NCBI GenBank assembly: GCA_943328365.2
Contig: CALPZT020000001.1
Span: 1-33,126 of the forward strand
From: Bifidobacterium breve
GTDB taxonomy: Bacteria; Actinomycetota; Actinomycetes; S36-B12
Direction of reading: 5' to 3'
Length of the DNA: 33,126 nt
Part shown: positions 18,428 to 29,055 of the stretch, piece by piece
Layout: each line of letters begins with the position of its first letter
How positions within the stretch are numbered: the first letter of the stretch is position 1
Notes under the pieces: generated by a model
Seen by the model: only the letters and a program-made list of their open reading frames with translations
What the model was told of the DNA's origin: nothing
Database searches by the model: none
Made by a program: the position numbers and the translations under genes

Positions 18428-18449
18428 CGACCGGGATGAACCCATGACA
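18401..18449. repeat. 20-bp tandem repeat (2 full copies plus a 9-nt partial) across the plsX stop and rnc start
   Basis: cccatgacgaccggagtgag (18401-18420), cccatgacgaccgggatgaa (18421-18440) and cccatgaca (18441-18449). Every copy begins cccATGA. Confidence 0.95.
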
Positions 18450-19148
18450 AAACGCGATGTGCACCTCGAAAGCCTGCGTGAGGTCCTCGGCATCACGGTC
18501 GATGCCGAGATGCTCAACCTCGCGCTCACCCACCGCTCCTACGCCTACGAGCACGGCGGGATCGCCCACAATGAGCGGCTGGAGTTCCTCGGCGACTCAG
18601 TGCTCGGAATCATCATCACCGACACCCTGTACCGGACCTATCCGGACCTCCCGGAGGGCCAACTGGCAAAGCTGCGTGCGGCCGTCGTCAATGCGCGAGC
18701 CCTGGCCGAGGTGGCTCGTACGCTCGGCCTCGGCGATTTCCTGCTCCTCGGGCGCGGCGAGGAGACAACAGGGGGACGCGACAAGCTGTCGATCCTTGCC
18801 GACGCCATGGAGGCCGTCATCGGCGCTGTGTACCTCTCAACCGGGCAGTCGGAGGCAGCTTCGCTTGTCCATCGGCTCTTCGACCCGCTCATCAGCGCCT
18901 CGGCCGAGCTCGGCGCCGGCCTCGACTGGAAGACCTCGCTTCAGGAGGCATCGTCCAATGCGGGCCTTGGCTTGCCCGAGTATCAAGTTGAGGACTCCGG
19001 CCTCGATCACGAGAAGGAATTCGATGCCCGGGTTCTCGTGTCTGGCGAGGCCCTCGGTTTCGGCCACGGACGATCGAAGAAGGTGGCCGAGCAGGAGGCG
19101 GCAGAGCAGGCCTACCGAGCACTGCTCGAGCGCGGGCTCGTCGGCTGA
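18444..19148 (+). CDS. rnc: Ribonuclease III
   Basis: RNase III signature [13 protein letters not shown] and a C-terminal dsRBD ([17 protein letters not shown]). Confidence 0.95.
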   Translation: MTKRDVHLESLREVLGITVDAEMLNLALTHRSYAYEHGGIAHNERLEFLGDSVLGIIITDTLYRTYPDLPEGQLAKLRAAVVNARALAEVARTLGLGDFLLLGRGEETTGGRDKLSILADAMEAVIGAVYLSTGQSEAASLVHRLFDPLISASAELGAGLDWKTSLQEASSNAGLGLPEYQVEDSGLDHEKEFDARVLVSGEALGFGHGRSKKVAEQEAAEQAYRALLERGLVG

Positions 19149-19149
19149 C

Positions 19150-19998
19150 ATGCCTGAACTGCCTGAGGTCGAGGTGGTCAGGCGTGGCCTCGATCGGTGG
19201 GTGACTGGCCGGACCGTGAGCGGCGTCGATGTTCTCCATGCGCGCGCGGTGCGCCGTCACGAGGGCAATATCGGCGTCGACCTCATCGGCGAGGAGATCC
19301 GATGCGTGAGCCGCCGTGGCAAGTACCTGTGGATGCCGCTCAACGGGACGGGGACCGCCCTCGTCGCCCACCTCGGCATGAGTGGCCAGCTGCTCATGCA
19401 GCCGGAGGATGCGCCGGACGAGGCTCATCTTCGGGTGAGGCTCCGATTCGCCGACGATGGTCCGCAACTGCGATTCGTCGACCAGCGCACCTTCGGGGGT
19501 CTCATGGTGACCCCGCTCAGCGACGATGATGCGGGTGGGCATGTGCCGGACATCGTCGGGCACATCGCGCGTGACCCCCTCGATCCGGATTTCGACGAAC
19601 AGGCGTTCGAGGCACGCCTGCGCGCTCGCGATACTGAGATCAAGCGGGCACTCCTCGATCAGTCACTCGTCTCGGGGATCGGAAACATCTATGCCGACGA
19701 GTCGCTGTGGCGCGCGGGGCTGCACGGCCGCCGCAGGACCGGATCCCTCGACAGGGCGGGGGTCCTGGACCTCCTCGGCCATATTCGTGCCGTCATGACG
19801 GAGGCTCTTGCCCAGGGGGGCACGAGCTTTGACTCGCTGTACGTGAACGTGAACGGGGAGAGCGGCTACTTCGATCGCTCCCTCGACGCCTACGGGCAGG
19901 AGGGCGAGCCCTGCTCCCGCTGCGGAAGCATCATCGTCCGGGAGCGGTTCATGAACAGATCGAGTGCCTTCTGCCCGAGGTGCCAGCCGATAACGTGA
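19150..19998 (+). CDS. mutM: Formamidopyrimidine-DNA glycosylase (Fpg/MutM)
   Basis: [14 protein letters not shown] at the N-terminus (catalytic Pro2/Glu3) and a C-terminal zinc finger [25 protein letters not shown]. The start ATG 19150 lies inside the 513-aa track ORF, whose upstream part overlaps rnc off-frame. Confidence 0.93.
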   Translation: MPELPEVEVVRRGLDRWVTGRTVSGVDVLHARAVRRHEGNIGVDLIGEEIRCVSRRGKYLWMPLNGTGTALVAHLGMSGQLLMQPEDAPDEAHLRVRLRFADDGPQLRFVDQRTFGGLMVTPLSDDDAGGHVPDIVGHIARDPLDPDFDEQAFEARLRARDTEIKRALLDQSLVSGIGNIYADESLWRAGLHGRRRTGSLDRAGVLDLLGHIRAVMTEALAQGGTSFDSLYVNVNGESGYFDRSLDAYGQEGEPCSRCGSIIVRERFMNRSSAFCPRCQPIT

Positions 19999-20084
19999 GT
20001 GACCCCAGCCGGGTTGGGCCCGGTAGGCTCGCGGAGTCTTGCCGGTACCGGTGAGCAGACGCTTCGATCGAACCTCGGAGAACC

Positions 20085-23000
20085 GTGCACCTGAAGACGT
20101 TGACCCTGAAGGGCTTCAAGTCCTTCGCCTCCTCAACGACCCTGCACCTCGAGCCGGGTGTCACGTGCGTTGTCGGCCCCAACGGATCCGGCAAGTCCAA
20201 CGTGGTCGATGCGCTCGCCTGGGTCATGGGCGAGCAGGGGGCGAAGTCGCTGCGCGGCGGAAAGATGGAGGACGTCATCTTCTCTGGCACGACCGGCAGG
20301 GCGCCGCTCGGCCGGGCCGAGGTCTCCGTCACCATCGACAACTCCGACGGCAAGCTGCCGATCGACTACGCCGAGGTCACCATCTCCCGCACGCTGTTCC
20401 GCAATGGTGGGTCGGAGTACGCGATCAACGGCGAGACCGCCCGCCTTCTTGACGTACAGGAGTTGCTCAGCGACTCCGGCATCGGCCGCGAGATGCATGT
20501 CATCGTCGGGCAGAACCGTCTCACGGCGATTCTTGAAGCCACCCCGGAGGACCGCCGGGGCATCATCGAGGAGGCCGCCGGAGTCCTCAAGCACCGCAAG
20601 CGCAAGGAGAAGGCCCTTCGCAAGCTCGACGCGATGCAGGCGAATCTTGTCCGCCTGCAGGACCTCACGAATGAACTCCGTCGCCAGCTCAAACCACTCG
20701 GTCGGCAGGCCGAGGTCGCACGCAGGGCTGTCGTCATCCAGTCCGACGTCCGAGATGCCCGACTCCGGCTCATGGCCGACGACCTTGCCCAAATGCGCGA
20801 GGCCCTCGCAGCCGAGGTAGCCGACGAGACCGCCCTGCGCGATCGCCAGGCCCAGGTCGACTCACTGCTCGTCGGCCTGCGGTCGCAGGAGGCTGAGGCC
20901 GAGGCGGCAGTCGAGCTCGATGCCCCGCGGGTCGCCAATGCGCAGAACACCTGGTTCGCCCTGAGCGGGCTGCGCGAGCGCTTCAACGGCCTCGTGCAGG
21001 TCGGTGCCGAGCGCACCCGGCACTTGCAGCCTGAGCCGGAGGAGGAGTCGTCCGGCCGGGATCCCGAGCAGATCGAGGCCGAGGCCCGTGTCCTTCGTGA
21101 GCAGGAGTTCGAGCTCGGCCGCGAGGTCGAGGTCGCGCGCGAGGCCCTCGCCGCAGCCGAGGGTGCCCGCCATGCGGCCGAGCAGGCCGCAGCGCTCGAG
21201 GAGCGTCGGATTGCCGAGGCCGAGCGGGCGGCTGCCGACCGTCGTGAGGGACTGGCGCGGGTGACCGGCCAGGTGAATGCCGCGAGGTCCAGGCTCGAGG
21301 CCAGGTGCAATGAGATTGACCGGCTCCAGGCATCGGTTGCCGAGGCGAAGCAGCGGGGCGATGCCGCGCAGGCTGAGTTCCAGGCGATCGAGGTCCAGGT
21401 CGCCGGCCTCGACGAGGGCGAATTGGGCCTCGACGACGAATACGAGCAGGCGGTCGGGCTCCTCGAGCAGGCCGACGCCGGAGTCGAGGAACTCCGCACG
21501 GCCGAGTCGATTCACGAGCGGGAACGTGGTGCCCTCAGCGCCCGGCTCGAGGCACTGGGTCTTGGACTCTCGCGCAAGGACGCGGCCGCAGTCCTCGTCT
21601 CGGCCGGAGAGCAGGTTCCCGGTGTCCTCGGCTCGCTCGCGAGCCTGCTGCATATCGAGCCCGGCGCCCAGGCCGCCGTAGCGGCGGCGCTCGGTGACAT
21701 CGCCGACGCCGTGGTCGTGCGCGGAGTCGACGCCGCAGTCTCGTCGCTCGTCCTGCTCAAGGATCAAGACGCCGGCCGCGCAGCCCTCGTCATCGCTGAT
21801 CTGCCCGGCACGGGCCTTGCCGGCGCCACCGGCCTGCCGCTCGAGTCTGGCGCGAGTGTCGCTGGCGGCCGCTGGCTTCGCGAGACGGTTCGATGTGATG
21901 ACGAGGTCGGTCCGATGGTCGACCGCCTGCTTTCCCGCTGCGTTCTCGTCCGCGAGCTGAGCGATGTCGCGCGAGCGCAGCAGGAGCGTCCGGATCTCGT
22001 CATCGTGACCGAGGCCGGCGATATCTTCGCTGACGGCATCGTTCATGGCGGATCGACCAGCGCACCGAGCCTGCTCGAGGTCAAGGCGGCCTACGACGAG
22101 ACCGAGGCTGCTCTCGACACCGCGACCCACGCGGTTGAGCGGTGCCGTTTCGAGCTGGTCGCGGCGAAGGAGGCCCAGCGGCAGGCTGCCGAGCGAGTCG
22201 AGCACGCCCTGACTCGACTGCACGAGTCCGATGCCCGCATGGCGGCGGTGGCCGAGCAGCTCGGTCAGCTGGGCCAGATTGCGCGTGCTGCCGCGGCGGA
22301 GGCTGAGCGGCTCGGGCTGGCGCTTGCGTCGGCGAAGACGGCGCGTGAGGCCGATGAGGTGGCCGTCGCAGATCTTCAGCAGCGGCTCGATCAGGCTCAG
22401 GTCGAGCCGGAGTCAGGCGATCTCCATGACCTGCGAAGCGAGCTGGCCGATGTCGCACGGGAGTCGCGTCAGCGTGAGGTCGATGCACGGCTCGCCCTGC
22501 GCACCGGCGAGGAGCGGGTGGCTGCCGTCGGCATTCGCGCCGAGCAGCTCGAGCGAGCCGCGAAGTCGGAGCGCCAGGCACGGGTCGCGGCTGTCGAGCG
22601 GCGCGAGCGCCGGGCTCGCGAGCTCGTGGTGGCGCAGGCCGTCCTCATCGCATCGAAGGTTGCCCTCTCCCGGATCGAGGCTTCGGTCGCCGACGCCAGC
22701 CATGCCCGGCTCGAGGTCGAGCGGATCACGAAGGACCGCGATGCGTCGCTCGTCGTGGTCCGAGGCCGAATCCGTGAGCTGAGCGCCGAACTCGATCTCC
22801 TCAAGGACAGCGTCCATCGCGACGAGGTCGCCAGGGCCGAGCAGCGGATGAGGATCGAGCAGGTGCAGGACAAGGTCCTTGAGGACTTCGGCATCGACAG
22901 CGCCGTCCTCATCGCCGAGTACGGCCCCGACCAGCCGGTGCCCCCGAGCCCGGTCGCGCCGGGTGATGAGATTCCCGCAGACGCGCCAGAGCCCGTGCCG

Positions 23001-23672
23001 TATCCGTACGTCCGTGCGGAGCAGGTCAAGCGGCTGAAGGAGGCGGAGAAGGGCCTGGCCCTGCTCGGCCGGGTGAACCCGCTCGCCCTCGAGGAGTTCA
23101 CCGCGATGGAGGAGCGTCATACCTTTCTCAGCGAGCAGCTTGATGATCTCAGGCGCTCACGCGATGACCTCATGGACATCGTCAAGGAGGTCGATGGCCG
23201 CGTCGAGCAGGTCTTCACCGAGGCATACCGCGATATCGAGCGGGAGTTCACCGGCGTGTTCGCCCGGCTGTTCCCGGGCGGCGAGGGCCGCCTCATCCTT
23301 ACCGACCCCTCCGACATGCTCAATACCGGCGTCGATGTCGAGGCCCGGCCCCCCGGCAAGAAGGTGAAGCGACTTTCCCTGCTGTCAGGAGGGGAGCGAT
23401 CGCTCACGGCCGTCGCATTCCTTGTCGCCCTGTTCAAGGCCAGGCCCAGCCCGTTCTACGTGCTCGACGAGGTCGAGGCAGCCCTCGATGATGTCAACCT
23501 CGGTCGACTCATCGACATCATCGAGGAACTCAGGTCGAGCTCCCAGCTCATCGTGATCACCCACCAGAAGCGGACGATGGAGATCGCCGATGCGCTCTAC
23601 GGGGTGTCGATGCGCGGCGACGGAGTGACCCAGGTGATCGGCCAGCGGCTGCGCGAGGCTGCTACCGCCTGA
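20085..23672 (+). CDS. smc: Chromosome segregation protein SMC
   Basis: 1195 aa. N-terminal Walker A GPNGSGKSN, long coiled coils with a central hinge, the C-terminal signature LSGGERSLTAVAF and Walker B FYVLDEVEAALD. Confidence 0.96.
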   Translation: MHLKTLTLKGFKSFASSTTLHLEPGVTCVVGPNGSGKSNVVDALAWVMGEQGAKSLRGGKMEDVIFSGTTGRAPLGRAEVSVTIDNSDGKLPIDYAEVTISRTLFRNGGSEYAINGETARLLDVQELLSDSGIGREMHVIVGQNRLTAILEATPEDRRGIIEEAAGVLKHRKRKEKALRKLDAMQANLVRLQDLTNELRRQLKPLGRQAEVARRAVVIQSDVRDARLRLMADDLAQMREALAAEVADETALRDRQAQVDSLLVGLRSQEAEAEAAVELDAPRVANAQNTWFALSGLRERFNGLVQVGAERTRHLQPEPEEESSGRDPEQIEAEARVLREQEFELGREVEVAREALAAAEGARHAAEQAAALEERRIAEAERAAADRREGLARVTGQVNAARSRLEARCNEIDRLQASVAEAKQRGDAAQAEFQAIEVQVAGLDEGELGLDDEYEQAVGLLEQADAGVEELRTAESIHERERGALSARLEALGLGLSRKDAAAVLVSAGEQVPGVLGSLASLLHIEPGAQAAVAAALGDIADAVVVRGVDAAVSSLVLLKDQDAGRAALVIADLPGTGLAGATGLPLESGASVAGGRWLRETVRCDDEVGPMVDRLLSRCVLVRELSDVARAQQERPDLVIVTEAGDIFADGIVHGGSTSAPSLLEVKAAYDETEAALDTATHAVERCRFELVAAKEAQRQAAERVEHALTRLHESDARMAAVAEQLGQLGQIARAAAAEAERLGLALASAKTAREADEVAVADLQQRLDQAQVEPESGDLHDLRSELADVARESRQREVDARLALRTGEERVAAVGIRAEQLERAAKSERQARVAAVERRERRARELVVAQAVLIASKVALSRIEASVADASHARLEVERITKDRDASLVVVRGRIRELSAELDLLKDSVHRDEVARAEQRMRIEQVQDKVLEDFGIDSAVLIAEYGPDQPVPPSPVAPGDEIPADAPEPVPYPYVRAEQVKRLKEAEKGLALLGRVNPLALEEFTAMEERHTFLSEQLDDLRRSRDDLMDIVKEVDGRVEQVFTEAYRDIEREFTGVFARLFPGGEGRLILTDPSDMLNTGVDVEARPPGKKVKRLSLLSGGERSLTAVAFLVALFKARPSPFYVLDEVEAALDDVNLGRLIDIIEELRSSSQLIVITHQKRTMEIADALYGVSMRGDGVTQVIGQRLREAATA

Positions 23673-23685
23673 GCGCGCCCCTTAG

Positions 23686-23760
23686 CATCTGACAGGATGC
23701 CCGGCATGCGCATCTGACAGGATGCCCGGCATGCGCATCTGACAGGATGCCCGGCATGGA
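23686..23760. repeat. 25-bp x3 tandem repeat containing the ftsY translation start
   Basis: catctgacaggatgcccggcatgcg at 23686-23710 and 23711-23735, then catctgacaggatgcccggcatgga at 23736-23760. The third copy carries the ftsY ATG (23747, or 23756). Confidence 0.95.
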
Positions 23761-24862
23761 CTCTGCCCTCGTCTATGCCGCGATCGCCGTCGCTGTCATC
23801 CTCACGCTCGCCATTTCAGTGGTGGCGTTGCGCCGCAGGGGTGGTGCGCAGGCAATCGAACCGGCTGCGTCAGCAGCCCTCACTGCCGAAACCAGAGAGG
23901 TCGAGACGAGCGCGATCGTCCTCGAACTCGAGGTTCCCGAGCCGGCAGCCGGACGCCTGCACCGGCTGCGAACACGCCTCGCGAGGTCGAACTCGGCAAT
24001 CGGCCAGGGCCTGCTCGCCCTGCTGAGCCGTGACACGATCGACACCGCGACCTGGGACGAGATCGAGGAGACCCTGCTTCTCGCCGACCTCGGCGTCGGC
24101 CCGACGAACGAGATCATCGAGCGACTGCGCACGGCACTGCGCGTCGAGGGAGGTGCTCGGTCCGCCGATGCCGTGAAGGAGGCGCTCCGTGAGGCACTCC
24201 TCGCGCTCGTCGATCCGGGGATGAACCGCGAGCTTGTCACCGCTGCGCCGAACCGGCCGGCCGTCGTCATGATCGTCGGGGTGAATGGCACCGGCAAGAC
24301 CACGACCACCGGGAAGCTGGCCAGACTCCTCGTCGCCGAGGGCAGGTCCGTCGTGCTCGGGGCAGCCGATACCTTCCGAGCGGCTGCGGCCGAGCAGCTC
24401 CAGACCTGGGGCGACCGGGTCGGGGCGGTGGTCGTCCGCGGGCCGGAGGGCGGCGATCCCGCGGCAGTGGCGTTCGATGCCGTGTCGGCGGGGGTTCGCG
24501 ATGGCGCCGACACCGTCGTCATCGACACGGCCGGACGCCTCCATACGAAGACCGGGCTCATGGATGAGCTCGACAAGGTGAAGCGGGTCATCGAGAAGCA
24601 GTCGCAGGTCGACGAGGTGCTGCTCGTCCTTGACGCGACGACCGGGCAGAACGGACTCGTGCAGGCCCGGGTCTTCGCCGAATCCGTGAACGTCACCGGC
24701 ATCGTCCTCACGAAGCTCGACGGCACTGCGCGGGGCGGCATCGTCATCGCGGTGCAACGCGAGCTCGGGGTGCCCGTCAAGCTCGTCGGGCTCGGTGAGG
24801 GCCCCGATGACCTTGCGCCATTCGATCCGGTCGAGTTCGTCGACGCGCTCGTGGCGGGCTGA
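23747..24862 (+). CDS. ftsY: Signal recognition particle receptor FtsY
   Basis: Hydrophobic N-terminus, and an NG domain with GVNGTGKTTTTGKLA, DTAGRL and TKLDGTARGG. The alternative start ATG 23756 has AGGA 8 nt upstream. Confidence 0.94.
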   Translation: MPGMDSALVYAAIAVAVILTLAISVVALRRRGGAQAIEPAASAALTAETREVETSAIVLELEVPEPAAGRLHRLRTRLARSNSAIGQGLLALLSRDTIDTATWDEIEETLLLADLGVGPTNEIIERLRTALRVEGGARSADAVKEALREALLALVDPGMNRELVTAAPNRPAVVMIVGVNGTGKTTTTGKLARLLVAEGRSVVLGAADTFRAAAAEQLQTWGDRVGAVVVRGPEGGDPAAVAFDAVSAGVRDGADTVVIDTAGRLHTKTGLMDELDKVKRVIEKQSQVDEVLLVLDATTGQNGLVQARVFAESVNVTGIVLTKLDGTARGGIVIAVQRELGVPVKLVGLGEGPDDLAPFDPVEFVDALVAG

Positions 24863-24912
24863 TCAATCCCTTGACCCCTTGACTTGACCGTCGATCGACT
24901 TCGGCGAGCGAC

Positions 24913-24928
24913 GTAACACTGCTGTTAC
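24913..24928. promoter_or_regulatory. Candidate nitrogen-regulator operator: inverted repeat GTAAC-N6-GTTAC upstream of amt
   Basis: Read directly, about 110 bp upstream of the amt start. Both half-sites fit the gTnAc half-site recalled for actinobacterial GlnR boxes, and a GAAAC lies at 24977-24981. Three TTGAC motifs lie at 24871-24888. No binding data exist. Confidence 0.3.
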
Positions 24929-24960
24929 CGGGGGACCGTCCGTGTGATGAGCCCTTAACC

Positions 24961-24977
24961 CAGGCGCTGGGCGCCTG
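24961..24977 (+). other. Perfect 7-bp GC-rich hairpin (caggcgc-tgg-gcgcctg) between ftsY and amt
   Basis: The stem halves are exact reverse complements. There is no downstream U-tract, so it could be a U-less terminator for ftsY or an element of the amt 5' UTR. Confidence 0.3.
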
Positions 24978-25035
24978 AAACGTCCGGCGACGACCATCTG
25001 GCCTGAGGGAAGATCCCAAGCGAGATGGAGACACA

Positions 25036-26687
<1,652 letters not shown>

Positions 26688-26717
26688 CGGCACCAGGCCT
26701 TCGGAATCCGCACGAAC

Positions 26718-29051
26718 GTGGAACCCACCCTGACAACGTCCTTCCTCGAGGAACGCAGGGAACTCGTTCGCCGTCCCGGGCCCATCGGCTCGGGGCGGCG
26801 AACGGCGTTGACCGTCCTCACCGACGACTGGCTACGAGCCTTGTTTCGCGATGCGGAGGGCAGCGGGAGCGACGTGTGCCTCATCGCCGTCGGAGGTCAC
26901 GGGCGCATGGAGATGGTGCCGGGCAGCGACCTCGATCTCGTTCTCCTTCACCGCACGGACCCTCGACGCGCAGCGCGGGCAGCGGACCGCATGTGGTACC
27001 CGATCTGGGACTCAGGCCTCAGGCTCGATCACAGCGTGCGCACGGTGGGCGAGGCACGGCGCATGGCGAGTGACGACATGAAGGTGCTCCTCGGAATGCT
27101 CGATGCCCGGGTCGTGGCTGGTGACGAGACTGTCGCGGAGCAACTGAAGGCGAGTGTTTTCGCGGACTGGCGGTCGATGGCGCCTCGTCGCATGCCCGAT
27201 CTCCGGGCCCTCGTCGATGTCCGGCGCGAGCGATTCGGGGAGCTCGCGACCCTGCTCGAGCCGGATCTCAAGGAAGCCTACGGCGGCCTTCGGGAAGCAA
27301 CGGTGCTGCGGGCGATCACCGCATCGTGGATCACCGACATCGCCCATGCCGGATGGGAGGAGGCCGTTGACTTCCTCCTCGATGCCAGGTGGGCGCTCCA
27401 CGCCACCACCGGCCGATCAGATGACGTGCTCCGCCTGCAGGAGCAGGAGCAGGTCGCAGCGGCACTCGGGCTCGTCGATGCCGATGCGTTCCTGCGCCGG
27501 GCCTATGAGTCAGCGCGGTCGATTGCCTATGCGTCGGACTCCGCGTGGCACCGCGTGACCCGACTGACGAGCAAGGCTCCGAGATTCTCGCTGCGGCAGG
27601 TCCGGCGGCCCGGAGGCGACCGGGTACCGCTTGCCGAGGGGGTTGTCGTCCAGGCGGGGGAGGTGGTCCTCGCGACGGAGGCGCGTCCCGACCGGGATCC
27701 GACGCTCACCCTGCGAGCCGCGGCGGCTGCGGCCCAGTCCGGACTCCCGCTCGCACCTATCACCGTGCAGAGACTTGCCGCGGAGAGCGCACCGCTGCCG
27801 TATCCGTGGCCTCGCTCTGCGCGGGAGTCGTTCGTCACCCTCCTCGGCGCCGGCGCCGCGACAGTCGGGGTCTGGGAGGCGATGGATCAGGCAGGCATCA
27901 TCGCGAGCCTGCTGCCCGGTTGGGAGGCTGTCCGGTCTGCGCCGCAACGCAATGCTGTCCATCGGTTCACCGTCGACCGCCATCTCGTCGAGACCGCTGT
28001 CCAGGCGAGCGCGCTCACCCGTTCGGTCGATCGCCCCGACCTCCTCCTCGTGGCTGCACTGCTGCACGACATCGGAAAGGCGCGCGGCGGCGATCACAGT
28101 GTCATCGGGGCGGAGCTCACTGCTGGTCTTGCGCCAATGATGGGGTTCAACGAGGAGGAGACCGGCATCATCGTCACCCTCGTGCGGCATCATCTGCTGC
28201 TCGTCGACACTGCGACGCGACGCGACCTCGACGATCCGGCAACGTCGGCGTTCGTCGCTGAGCGGATCGGCTCAGCCGAGTGCCTGGAACTCCTCACGAC
28301 GCTGACGCGGGCGGATGCGCTCGCGACCGGTCCGGCCGCCTGGAGTGAATGGCGTAGCCGCCTCGTCGATGACCTGGCCCGACGCTGTCTCGCCGTGCTG
28401 GCCGGCCGGCCGGCACCGCATGCCCCGACACTGACCGAGGGGCAGCTGTCGGCGCTGGAGCAGGAGGGCATCGTCGTCCACATGGAGGCCCATGAGGACC
28501 ACTACAGCGTGACTGTCGCTGCACCCGACCGGGTGGGCCTCCTTGCGACCGTCGCAGGGCTGCTGTCCCTCCACCGACTCCACGTGCGCGCGGCTCGCGT
28601 CGTGACAATCGGCGAACGCGCGGCGCAGGTCTGGACGGTGCAGCCGATGTTCGGCGAGCCGCCTGGGAGCGGCCAGTTCTCGCAGGATCTACGCAGGGCG
28701 CTTGACGGCGACATCGACGTGCCGGCTCGGCTTCGTGAGCGCGATGATGCGTATGCCCGAACGCCGGCGGTCTCACGGCCCGCGCCCCGGGTTGACGTCC
28801 TTACGGATGCCGCGGACCGCTCGACGGTTCTCGAGGTCAGGGCTCATGACGAGTCAGGGCTGCTGCACCGCATCGCGAGCGCCGTCTCGGCAGCCGGCGC
28901 TGGCATTGCAGGGGCAAAGGTCGCAACATTGGGCTCCGAGGCGGTCGATGTGTTCTTCCTCGTCGATGCCGACGGGCTGCCGCTCTCCGAGGATCATGCG
29001 ACCGCGGTGCAGGTCACGGTGACGAAGGCGCTCGAGCAGCAAGTACCCTGA
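26718..29051 (+). CDS. glnD: [Protein-PII] uridylyl/adenylyl-transferase GlnD
   Basis: 777 aa. Nucleotidyltransferase motif GGHGRMEMVPGSDLDL, an HD domain (LLHDIGK) and two C-terminal ACT-like segments. GTG start at 26718. Confidence 0.92.
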   Translation: MEPTLTTSFLEERRELVRRPGPIGSGRRTALTVLTDDWLRALFRDAEGSGSDVCLIAVGGHGRMEMVPGSDLDLVLLHRTDPRRAARAADRMWYPIWDSGLRLDHSVRTVGEARRMASDDMKVLLGMLDARVVAGDETVAEQLKASVFADWRSMAPRRMPDLRALVDVRRERFGELATLLEPDLKEAYGGLREATVLRAITASWITDIAHAGWEEAVDFLLDARWALHATTGRSDDVLRLQEQEQVAAALGLVDADAFLRRAYESARSIAYASDSAWHRVTRLTSKAPRFSLRQVRRPGGDRVPLAEGVVVQAGEVVLATEARPDRDPTLTLRAAAAAAQSGLPLAPITVQRLAAESAPLPYPWPRSARESFVTLLGAGAATVGVWEAMDQAGIIASLLPGWEAVRSAPQRNAVHRFTVDRHLVETAVQASALTRSVDRPDLLLVAALLHDIGKARGGDHSVIGAELTAGLAPMMGFNEEETGIIVTLVRHHLLLVDTATRRDLDDPATSAFVAERIGSAECLELLTTLTRADALATGPAAWSEWRSRLVDDLARRCLAVLAGRPAPHAPTLTEGQLSALEQEGIVVHMEAHEDHYSVTVAAPDRVGLLATVAGLLSLHRLHVRAARVVTIGERAAQVWTVQPMFGEPPGSGQFSQDLRRALDGDIDVPARLRERDDAYARTPAVSRPAPRVDVLTDAADRSTVLEVRAHDESGLLHRIASAVSAAGAGIAGAKVATLGSEAVDVFFLVDADGLPLSEDHATAVQVTVTKALEQQVP

Positions 29052-29055
29052 GCCC

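Noticed and set aside
18457-19149. N-terminal 231 codons of the 513-aa ORF that ends as mutM
   Set aside because: It is off-frame over the whole of rnc. Fpg requires the N-terminal Met-Pro-Glu, which is found at 19150.
20042-20051. Perfect 10-bp palindrome CCGGTACCGG about 35 bp upstream of smc
   Set aside because: It is short, GC-rich and isolated. It is expected by chance at this base composition, and no second site is present in the window.
20366-22223. 377-aa and 453-aa minus-strand ORFs inside smc
   Set aside because: They are antisense to an unambiguous SMC coding frame. The low-complexity Ser/Arg/Ala content and absence of a start context indicate shadow ORFs.
671-23760. Whether any of the tandem arrays is a CRISPR array
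   Set aside because: The units are contiguous with no spacers, there are only 2-5 copies, the units are 14-26 bp, and there are no cas genes. They are not CRISPR.
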